Shown one piece after another: positions 56,733-64,000 of a DNA stretch of 64,000 nucleotides. The stretch spans positions 2,077 through 66,076 of the forward strand of contig JASFBA010000007.1 in NCBI GenBank assembly GCA_036172265.1. The letters are read 5' to 3'. The notes under the pieces are model-generated. The model was not told the origin of the DNA. It did not search any database and saw only the letters and a program-made list of their open reading frames with translations. Positions within the stretch are counted from its first letter, which is position 1, and every line of letters starts with the position of its first letter. The translations under genes were made by a program, and so were the position numbers. This DNA comes from Chloroflexia bacterium (lineage in GTDB: Bacteria; Chloroflexota; Chloroflexia; DTKN01).

Positions 56733-57677
56733 CTACTGCTCCCCTACGAGACGCAGAGCCAAGGCTACCCCCTGTTGCAGGTCGGCACAGGAGGTGATGC
56801 CGGCCAGGTCGATGCCCAGTTGGACCATCGTCTGGGCGATCTCCGGGCTGATACCGGTGAGGATGGTGCGGGCGCCCAGGAGTTGGGCCGCCAGCATGGC
56901 TCGCACCAGGTGGTTGGCCACCTGGGAGTCGATCATCGGTACGCCGGTGATGTCCAGGATGGCCACCCGGGCCCGGTGTTCCTCGATGCCGTGAAGGAGG
57001 CTATCCAGAATCCGGCCGGCCCGTTCGCTATCAATGCTGCCGATGAGCGGCATGACCAGGATGCCTTCCAGTACCGGAATCACCGGCGTGGAAAGTTCGG
57101 CCACCAGGTGGAGCAGCCGTTTCTGGGTTTCCTCCAGACGGGAGCGCGATTCCTGAAGTTCCCGATAGAGCCGGCTATGGTTCAGGGCGATGGCCAGGCG
57201 GTCCATCAGAGAACCCAGTTTGCTCACATCGCGTTCGCTGAAGAGGGGAGGGGAGAAGCGTTCCAACTGCAGGGCTCCCAGCAAGGCATCCTGGAAACGG
57301 GCGGCTACGATGAGGATCGCGTGAATCCGTTCGGCCGAGAAGGGGTAGAGCGACCAGTAAGGAGCCTCTCTCCCCTGGACGACCAAGCCCCGTTCTCCCC
57401 GGAGAAGACGCCGGCCGGCCGGGTTGTCCTCCGACACCTGCTCTCCTCGCCCCCGTTCCGCTTCGGCTACCCCTCGGCTGGCTAAAAGGCGGAAGACCCC
57501 GTTTTCTTGATCCCAAAGATAAAAGGCCCCGATCTCGCAGAAGAAACGACTTGTCACCCGTTCCAGGAAATCCTCCACCGTCTTCTCCATCTCCAGAGAG
57601 GTGCCGATGGAGGAAAGAAGTTCGTACATAATGGAAAGTTCCTGGAACTTTTCGCTCAGATCGTTGGGGTCCATCAT
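56733..57677 (-). CDS. GAF + STAS protein (RsbR-like)
   Basis: ELSTPVIPV, PLIGSIDSERA, LDITGVP.ID, LTGISPEIAQT. Confidence 0.88.
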   Translation of the reverse strand: MMDPNDLSEKFQELSIMYELLSSIGTSLEMEKTVEDFLERVTSRFFCEIGAFYLWDQENGVFRLLASRGVAEAERGRGEQVSEDNPAGRRLLRGERGLVVQGREAPYWSLYPFSAERIHAILIVAARFQDALLGALQLERFSPPLFSERDVSKLGSLMDRLAIALNHSRLYRELQESRSRLEETQKRLLHLVAELSTPVIPVLEGILVMPLIGSIDSERAGRILDSLLHGIEEHRARVAILDITGVPMIDSQVANHLVRAMLAAQLLGARTILTGISPEIAQTMVQLGIDLAGITSCADLQQGVALALRLVGEQ

Positions 57678-57697
57678 CTATCCTTGTGTGTATCCGT

Positions 57698-57733
57698 GTG
57701 GAGGCCCACGGCCCCTTCGCCCTGGGCCTCCAC
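57698..57733. other. Intergenic stem-loop between FIST and STAS genes
   Basis: GTGGAGGCCCA / TGGGCCTCCAC 11-bp inverted repeat. Confidence 0.5.
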
Positions 57734-57757
57734 GGAAACCCGATCGGTCTGTCCCGG

Positions 57758-58927
57758 TTAGCGCCCGAAAAGGGCCATAGACAGGGTCTTGTTATGGAAC
57801 TGGGGCAAGCCGCCCTTGAGGGCACCGACCTCCCCAAAGGTCAGGCAGCCGATCAGGGGGACATCCGTGCCGATTACTTGCTGCACGGCAGCCAGTTCCT
57901 CACGGAAGGCCTCCCCCAGCATTAGGCAACGAGAGACGCAGTCAAAGAGCACTGCCCCGGCTACCCGGGCCCCGCCGAGTTGCGCCCGGGCCGTCTCTGT
58001 CGCCTCTTGGGCCGCCTGGACCATGTCTTCTTTGGCACCCTGCATCACGCGCACGATGCTGTTCTGGGGCACTTCTCCCACGCAGACCAGGGAACCGTCT
58101 TCCCGAACCTGGATGGGGTCGCGGATGACAAACTGCTCCTCCGCCTGGGGGATGCCCAAAGGGTGGACCATGGCGAAGGCGGCAAAGTCCTCACGTTTCA
58201 GATCGGGAGCGCCGGCTGCCTGACGGTAGACCTGGAAGGCCTCCCCCCAGTCCAGTTCGTGGACGATGCTCTCTGTGGAACGAGTCACCGTCAGGGCCTG
58301 GCTGAGCGGCTTCCAGCCGTGGCGCACGGCCACCCCGATCGGGCGCTGGGAGAGGAGGAGGGCTCCGGCGACGGCATCCTGGTAGACCTGGCTGCCCTCC
58401 ATCTGGTAGGTCTGGATGAAACGGAGGTTATCCCCGGCGCCTCCGCCCAGGTAGGTGACCTCGGCCCCGGTGATTTCCAGGGCTCCCCGCAGGAACTCGC
58501 TCACGTTACAGCCGGTCAGGGGGTCGGGGAGGGTGAGGAGGAGGGCATAGGGGGCTTTTTCAGCTTTGCCCATGACCTGGCGGGCGAACTCGCGGCCGGC
58601 CTCCCGCGAACGGGCGCCGACGCGGGTTACCACGGTGGTGTGTACTTGGAGTCCTGGCGAAGAAAGCCCCATCAGGGCGACGCCCCGGATATGGACTTCC
58701 GGTCCGGTGAAGACGCCGGCTCCGCAGAAGCCGATCAGAGGCGTCTGAGGAAAGACGCTCCGGACTCCCTGGAGCACCTCGGCCTGCTTATATTGCTCGG
58801 TGGTGAAAAGGAGAAGGAAGTCGGGGGATGTTCCTTGCAGACCCTCCTGAACTTGCTGGGCGATCTCGCGGCCGGCCGGCCGCGATTCTTCGAGCACACT
58901 GCTGGCCGTAGCCATCCGCGTTTCCAT
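57758..58927 (-). CDS. FIST N/C-domain sensory protein (NosP-like)
   Basis: GGGAGD, HGWKP, HPLG, FDCVSR, GCLTFGEV, FHNKT; promoter TTGACA-17-TATACT at 58998-58970. Confidence 0.88.
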   Translation of the reverse strand: METRMATASSVLEESRPAGREIAQQVQEGLQGTSPDFLLLFTTEQYKQAEVLQGVRSVFPQTPLIGFCGAGVFTGPEVHIRGVALMGLSSPGLQVHTTVVTRVGARSREAGREFARQVMGKAEKAPYALLLTLPDPLTGCNVSEFLRGALEITGAEVTYLGGGAGDNLRFIQTYQMEGSQVYQDAVAGALLLSQRPIGVAVRHGWKPLSQALTVTRSTESIVHELDWGEAFQVYRQAAGAPDLKREDFAAFAMVHPLGIPQAEEQFVIRDPIQVREDGSLVCVGEVPQNSIVRVMQGAKEDMVQAAQEATETARAQLGGARVAGAVLFDCVSRCLMLGEAFREELAAVQQVIGTDVPLIGCLTFGEVGALKGGLPQFHNKTLSMALFGR

Positions 58928-59032
58928 GGGGGCACCTCCTTTCTCGCTCAATGAACCGCTCTCGATGTCAGTATAGCCGATGTCCAAGAGGGTGTCAAGC
59001 ACTTCCGAACCTGGAATAACGTTCAACCGTGT

Positions 59033-59545
59033 TTAGTAATCCAGGCCCAGAAAGTGGGGCAATGCGCTGGTGAGGAAGACGCCCAGGATGGCGAAAAAGG
59101 TTATCGTCCCCAACACGGCCTGCCGGCACAGAAGGCGGGGGAGGGCGTTGCTGATGAGCACTTTCAGAAGAAGTCCGGCCGTGGCTATGCCTCCCAGGAC
59201 CGCATGGGCGATCAGGCGTTCCGTGCCCAGGAGGTAGCCCAGGCCGTATGCGGCGTATAGGCAGAGGCCTAGGACGACCTGGGCGATTTCCAGGGAGACG
59301 ATGCCTCCCAGGCGGTGAAGGGCGGCGACAGCCTTTGGGTCGATCTGGAGGTGGACCTTTCCGCGCAGTACGGCCTGCTCAAGCACCTGCAAGAAGGCCA
59401 GGAGGAGGAGCACTGTGGTCAGGATGGCCTTCCATCGGGCCAGGATAAAGCCTGGAGCTGCAGGTTCATGTCCGAGGGGGACGAAATATCCCCCCCAGGG
59501 GGATAACAGGTCCGGGACCGGGAGAGAGAGCAGAGGCCCGGTCAT
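59033..59545 (-). CDS. Small four-helix membrane protein (DUF6529-like)
   Basis: Four hydrophobic segments with HRLGG and HAVLG; ATGA overlap with upstream gene. Confidence 0.55.
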   Translation of the reverse strand: MTGPLLSLPVPDLLSPWGGYFVPLGHEPAAPGFILARWKAILTTVLLLLAFLQVLEQAVLRGKVHLQIDPKAVAALHRLGGIVSLEIAQVVLGLCLYAAYGLGYLLGTERLIAHAVLGGIATAGLLLKVLISNALPRLLCRQAVLGTITFFAILGVFLTSALPHFLGLDY

Positions 59546-59733
59546 TCGGGTTTCCCCAGGCCGGCGATGATTTGAGGGTCAGGGTTAGCCGGGCCGCCGC
59601 ACTCCGGGGTATAGCATGTGGCCTCGATGAACTGGCATTTCTTGTTGCAGCCGGGGCAGATTTCGGGCGGCTCCTTGGCCTGAAGGGTGTAGCGACACTC
59701 GGAACAGGTCCACCAGTTTAGAAATTCGGACAT
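59542..59733 (-). CDS. Rubredoxin-like protein
   Basis: WTCSECRY...PPEICPGC plus further Cys (KC, CYTPEC); promoter TTGACG-17-CATAAT at 59795-59767. Confidence 0.75.
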   Translation of the reverse strand: MSEFLNWWTCSECRYTLQAKEPPEICPGCNKKCQFIEATCYTPECGGPANPDPQIIAGLGKPE

Positions 59734-59811
59734 CTTTTTCTCCTCCGGCTTTGTGGATTTGGTGCTATTATGCCAGAAAGAGAAGCGATCGTCAAGCGCC
59801 CATTATCTCCC

Positions 59812-60702
59812 TTAAAACATCTCCTCCTTGTCCAATGTTCGAGCCCGCGAGAGCGCGGCCAGGGCCACTTCCAGCATTTTGTCGTCGGGGGCGCGTGTGC
59901 TCAAACGCTGCAGGAGCAGGGCCGGGGCGAGAAGTACGCGCACCGCCGGCCGGCGGGCGTATTCGGCTCCCAGACGCATAACCTCGTAGGAAACGCCGGC
60001 CAGGACCGGGATGAGGGCCAGTCGGGCGAGAATCCCCCAACCCAATCCCAACCCGCCCAGGGGGGCAAAGAGAGGAACGGCCAACACCACTACCAGGAGA
60101 AGAAAGGCTGTGCCACAGCGGGTGTGGGCCGTAGAAAAGGGCCGCACGCCTTCCACATCCAGGGGAGCGCCGGCTTCTAAGGCGTTGACGACCTTGTGCT
60201 CGGCCCCGTGGTAGGCCAAGAGGCGTTTCACCTCCCGCATCTGGGCAATCGCCAGGAGGTATCCCAGAACCACGCCCAGGCGAATCAACCCCTCCACCAG
60301 TGCCTGGAGCCATCCGGTCGGAAGCCATCCGGCAACAAGGCGTACAAGGAACATCGGCAGGAGGAAAAAGAACCCCACGGCCAGGACCAGCGCCACAACT
60401 ACCACCCCGACCATCTGTTTCGGGCCCACTTGGTACTCGCTTTCCCCCAGGGCCACGTTGGCCGAAAAGTTCAGCGCCCGTAGGCCCAGATTGAGCGTGT
60501 CCCAGAGGATGTAGGGGCCGCGAAGGAAGGGCCACCGCGTCCAAGGCCGGGTCGGGCGGGAGAAACGCTCCTCATGGAGGACGATTTCCCCTGTCGGGGC
60601 ACGCACCGCCACGGCCATTCCCCGCCGGCTGCGAATCATGACCCCTTCCAGGACCGCCTGTCCGCCGTAATGATGGGAGTCTTGCCGAGAAAAGGTTCTC
60701 AC
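59812..60702 (-). CDS. DUF1385 (YqhQ-like) membrane protein
   Basis: GGQAVLEGVMIR, YHGAEHK, H.RCGTAF. Confidence 0.9.
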   Translation of the reverse strand: MRTFSRQDSHHYGGQAVLEGVMIRSRRGMAVAVRAPTGEIVLHEERFSRPTRPWTRWPFLRGPYILWDTLNLGLRALNFSANVALGESEYQVGPKQMVGVVVVALVLAVGFFFLLPMFLVRLVAGWLPTGWLQALVEGLIRLGVVLGYLLAIAQMREVKRLLAYHGAEHKVVNALEAGAPLDVEGVRPFSTAHTRCGTAFLLLVVVLAVPLFAPLGGLGLGWGILARLALIPVLAGVSYEVMRLGAEYARRPAVRVLLAPALLLQRLSTRAPDDKMLEVALAALSRARTLDKEEMF

Positions 60703-61085
60703 GACCCTCCCTCCGGGCTGTAGCGTACCCAGGAATCGGGCGATTCGTAGACCTCCACATAGGCCAGACGCACGGAAGGCACATCCAGCGCCTCCTGGAG
60801 CCAGCCGAAGATCACCCGGGCCAGATTTTCGGTGGAGGCGTTGATCCGGTCAAAGGGGGGGATATCGTTCAGGCAACGGTGATCCAGCCGGGAAAGCACC
60901 TTCTCTTGGAGGAGGCGCTTGAGGTCGGTAAAGTCATAGGCCAGGCCGAGTTCGTTCAGCCGGGTGCTCTCCAGAGCCACCACCACCTCCCAGCGGTGGC
61001 CGTGCAAAGCCTCGCAGCGTCCCTGGTAGCCGCGCAGGTAGTGGGCGGCGTCAAAGTGGTCGCGCACATGGATACGATACATCAT
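60699..61085 (-). CDS. queD: 6-carboxytetrahydropterin synthase
   Basis: FDAAH, CEALHGH, LDH..LND, STENLA, VYES. Confidence 0.9.
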   Translation of the reverse strand: MMYRIHVRDHFDAAHYLRGYQGRCEALHGHRWEVVVALESTRLNELGLAYDFTDLKRLLQEKVLSRLDHRCLNDIPPFDRINASTENLARVIFGWLQEALDVPSVRLAYVEVYESPDSWVRYSPEGGS

Positions 61086-62434
61086 TCCTCCAGCCGAATC
61101 CCGTTCTGCCGGATGACCTCGGCGAACCAGCGTCCGCTATCCTTGATCGTGCGAGTTTGGGTCTCGTAATCCACATAGATCAGGCCGAAGCGCATCCGGT
61201 AGCCGTGGGCCCACTCAAAGTTATCCAGGAGCGACCAGGCGAAGTAGCCCTGCACCGGGATGCCCTCGGAGATGGCCCGGTGGGCCTGAAGGAGGTGGTG
61301 GCGCAGGTAGGCGATGCGCTGGGGGTCGCGTACTCGACCGTCCGGGTCCGGCGCATCTGGGAAGGGGAAGCCGTTCTCGGTGATCAGGATACGGGCCGGC
61401 CGATACTCGGAATAGACGCGGGTGAGAAGCTCGTACATCCCGGCCGGGTAGATTTCCCACATCTCGGAGCGTTCGCTGCCCTCCACCTCGACCGCCGCGG
61501 CCTGGATAAAGGGCGTCCCGGGGTCATGGCGGGCGACCACTCGGGTATAGTAGTTGATTCCCAGGAAATCGATCGGGGCTGCAACGCGCTTCATATCTTC
61601 CGAAGAGGGTTTGAAAAGGAGGCCAAAGACCTTCTGAAGGTCTGGGGGAAAGCGGCCGCGCAGCACCGGCTCCAGGAACATCCGGTTGAGCAGCCCGTCG
61701 AGGCGTTTGGCCGCCTGCCGGTCCTTGGGGGAGTCGGAGGCCGGGTGGACCGGGCTGAGGTTGAGGACGATGCCGATCTGGGCCGAGGACGGCAGGGAGG
61801 CCCGCAGCGCCTCCACGGCCAGCCCATGGGAAAGCATGATATGGCGGTAGGCCCAGGCGGCATCAAAGGGGCTTTTCTTCCCCGGAGCGTGCTCGCCGGT
61901 AAAGTGGCCGAAGATCGAGGAGACGAACGGTTCGTTGTGGGTAATCCAGTACATCACCCGGTCGCCCAGCCGCCCGGCGACGATGTGGGCGTATTCGGCA
62001 AAGGCCTCGGCCGTCTCCCGCTTGGTCCAGCCGCCGCGGTCCTGAAGGGCCTGGGGCAGATCCCAGTGGTAGAGGGTAACGAAAGGCTCGATGCCGGCTT
62101 CTTTCAGGCCGTCCACCAGGCGGTCGTAAAAGTCCAGGCCGGCCGGGTTGACCTTGCCCGTGCCCTCTGGAAGGATGCGCGGCCAGGCGATGGAAAAGCG
62201 ATAGGCCGGCAGGCCCAGTTCCTGCATCAGGCGGATGTCCTCTTCCCAGCGGTGGTAATGGTCGGAGGCGACGTCGCCGGTCTGTCCCTGCCAAACCTTG
62301 CCCGGCTGGCGGCAGAAAGTGTCCCAAATGGAGGGGCCGCGGCCGTCTTCGTTGGTGGCTCCTTCGATTTGATAGGCCGAAGTGGCCGTGCCCCAGATAA
62401 AGCCTTCAGGGAAACGCAGAAAACGCTCGGACAT
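61082..62434 (-). CDS. GH1 beta-glucosidase
   Basis: WGTATSAYQIEG, THNEP, ITENG, WSLLDNFEW. Confidence 0.93.
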   Translation of the reverse strand: MSERFLRFPEGFIWGTATSAYQIEGATNEDGRGPSIWDTFCRQPGKVWQGQTGDVASDHYHRWEEDIRLMQELGLPAYRFSIAWPRILPEGTGKVNPAGLDFYDRLVDGLKEAGIEPFVTLYHWDLPQALQDRGGWTKRETAEAFAEYAHIVAGRLGDRVMYWITHNEPFVSSIFGHFTGEHAPGKKSPFDAAWAYRHIMLSHGLAVEALRASLPSSAQIGIVLNLSPVHPASDSPKDRQAAKRLDGLLNRMFLEPVLRGRFPPDLQKVFGLLFKPSSEDMKRVAAPIDFLGINYYTRVVARHDPGTPFIQAAAVEVEGSERSEMWEIYPAGMYELLTRVYSEYRPARILITENGFPFPDAPDPDGRVRDPQRIAYLRHHLLQAHRAISEGIPVQGYFAWSLLDNFEWAHGYRMRFGLIYVDYETQTRTIKDSGRWFAEVIRQNGIRLEE

Positions 62435-62488
62435 AAGGCCTCCTTACCCTTTGCACGTTCACCCGGTTGCCCGGGGACACGTTATCGG

Positions 62489-63820
62489 TCAAATTCGCTC
62501 CACCTTTTCGGTAAAATGGATGCCCAGGTGCTCCAGTTCGGCCAACACCGGCTCGTAGAGTTCGGGATGGATGGGGATGAGCACGCCGGAGGTACGGACC
62601 TGGCCCTCCAGGATCAGGCGGGCGCCGATGGCGGCCGGCAGGCCGACGGTGCGGTTCATGCTGGTGTCTCCCCCGGGGATGCCAAAGTCGATCATCGTGG
62701 AAGTGATGCGCTCCTTGTGGTCGGGGTACTCGGCCAGGAACTGGTGCTGAAGGACGAGCATGTCGCGCTCGCCGGGGGCGTATTGCATTCGAGAGAGCAT
62801 CGTAGCCGTGAGGACATCGAGGGGAGAAGCGCAGCCGGCCGGCAACTTTTCCTCGCTGAAGAGGCCCAGCCACTCCAGGTGGCCGAGGATAAAGTGTATG
62901 GCGGGCAGGCCCAGATAAGCGGCCACATCGGCCCGGGTGGCCCGGCCCTTCTTACCGATGAGGGAAGCCAGAAACTCGGCATAGGTCAGGCTATCCAGAT
63001 CGGTACGCTCCGTCTCTTCCAGCAGGCCCAGGTCCACGATGGCCTTCATCGTGGGGCACCAGCCCTGGTAGCGCAGGGTGCCGCGGAACATCGTCCGCGT
63101 ATCGGCGATGCCGTAAAGGGAGGCATAGGGCAGGCTGTCGCGGTTCGGATAGCCCTCGAAGGGGATGACCCGCCCCTCTACTTCGATCGGCACGCTCCAG
63201 TAGTGTAGGAAGAGGTCCGGACCGGGAATCTCGAAGAGTTCGCCGTCCCGGAGGTAGCGGGCGGGGTTCTTGGCGGCCTGGAGAACCCCTCGGGGACTCC
63301 AGGAAAACTTGTAGCCGAAGGGGTTATCGTTGGCTTCGGGGGCCGGCAAGCCGCCGCAGTAGGAGATAAATCGGGTGATGCGCCCGCCGGAGGCCTGGAC
63401 GTGGTGGAAGACCTTCATAGCCATCATATGGTCAATGCCCGGGTCCACCCCGATCTCATTCAGGAGGATCAGGCCCTTTTCCTTGGCCTCGTCGTCCAGG
63501 GCCCGCATTTCATCCTTGACATAAGAGGTCGTCACCATGGGCTTGCCCCGGCGCAGGCAGGAACGGGCCACCCGGGGGTGGTAGATGGAAGGCAAAAGGC
63601 TTACCGCTAAGTCGTGTTGACCTACCAGTTCGTCCAGGCGGGCGTCGCCCTCTTTCTCCAGGTCGAAGGCGATGGCGCGTCCATGGGGGTGGCCCTCCAG
63701 GACCTCCTGGGCTTTGCTCAGAGTACGGCTGGCCACGGTGACCTGGTAGCCGTGCTTCAGGAGGTACTGGACGTGGGAATGGACTACCAGGCCGGCCCCA
63801 AAGACGATGACTTTTTTCAT
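62489..63820 (-). CDS. Saccharopine dehydrogenase family protein
   Basis: FGAG, TTSYV, EIGVDPGIDH, YCGGLP, YKFSWSPRG, YPNRDS, RGTLRY. Confidence 0.9.
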   Translation of the reverse strand: MKKVIVFGAGLVVHSHVQYLLKHGYQVTVASRTLSKAQEVLEGHPHGRAIAFDLEKEGDARLDELVGQHDLAVSLLPSIYHPRVARSCLRRGKPMVTTSYVKDEMRALDDEAKEKGLILLNEIGVDPGIDHMMAMKVFHHVQASGGRITRFISYCGGLPAPEANDNPFGYKFSWSPRGVLQAAKNPARYLRDGELFEIPGPDLFLHYWSVPIEVEGRVIPFEGYPNRDSLPYASLYGIADTRTMFRGTLRYQGWCPTMKAIVDLGLLEETERTDLDSLTYAEFLASLIGKKGRATRADVAAYLGLPAIHFILGHLEWLGLFSEEKLPAGCASPLDVLTATMLSRMQYAPGERDMLVLQHQFLAEYPDHKERITSTMIDFGIPGGDTSMNRTVGLPAAIGARLILEGQVRTSGVLIPIHPELYEPVLAELEHLGIHFTEKVERI

Positions 63821-64000
63821 GGTTTCCTCCTTTGGTTTAGTAAAGGTTCAAATGTCAGATGATTTTCTATTGATTCGGCCGGGATGCCCGGCGCGAACTT
63901 TGGGGCGAAGATATCGTCGGTGTCCTGTCTCACGACCTCCTGGTGGGGGAATCGCCGAGAGCGGTGTCTTGTGGAAGTGCGAACGCTTATCAAAGGGCAA

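Noticed and set aside
61157-63208. 683-aa plus-strand ORF
   Set aside because: Shadow of the GH1 and saccharopine dehydrogenase genes
59812-63820. Saccharopine dehydrogenase-GH1-queD-DUF1385 as a novel pathway
   Set aside because: Overlapping starts and stops show co-transcription, but the functions are unrelated housekeeping ones and no shared chemistry is supportable
1-64000. CRISPR array, tRNA, rRNA, prophage
   Set aside because: No regularly spaced repeat-spacer units, cloverleaf or rRNA signatures, or phage genes seen by eye
63821-64000. Possible lysine riboswitch upstream of saccharopine dehydrogenase
   Set aside because: No recognisable L-box motifs or terminator in the visible part, and the region is cut by the window edge

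Overview
GC-rich bacterial chromosomal segment, most likely from an anaerobic Chloroflexota member. This is inferred from the Chloroflexi-type surface-protein C-termini (IFLPLVFR tail; ...GNVGLHYYRWRYG domain), several GT-C membrane proteins and corrinoid methyltransferases. It holds about 55 protein-coding genes. I see no rRNA, tRNA or CRISPR array. Housekeeping genes include the rpmH-rnpA-yidD-yidC-jag operon, rplY, miaA, trmFO, queD, rocD, ogt, pcm and a glcD-like oxidase. Main highlights: (1) a ~750-bp internally deleted IS110 element whose non-coding end contains four bridge-RNA guide segments matching its own target and donor junctions, inserted into a palindromic repeat; (2) a complete hgcAB mercury-methylation pair with an unusual CxCxC HgcB tail; (3) strong iteration of the palindrome CCGGCCGG (HIP1-like); (4) two intact but apparently catalytically dead enzymes, a UbiB/ABC1 pseudokinase and a Zn-finger PrsW pseudoprotease in an operon with a secreted protease; (5) a lipoprotein-type Pcm, a stand-alone archaeal-type ThrRS editing domain and a B-loop-less DarA; (6) several GTAG-type REP families, an EcoRV-like R-M pair and some gene remnants. 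All calls come from motif recognition by eye; no database search was run.
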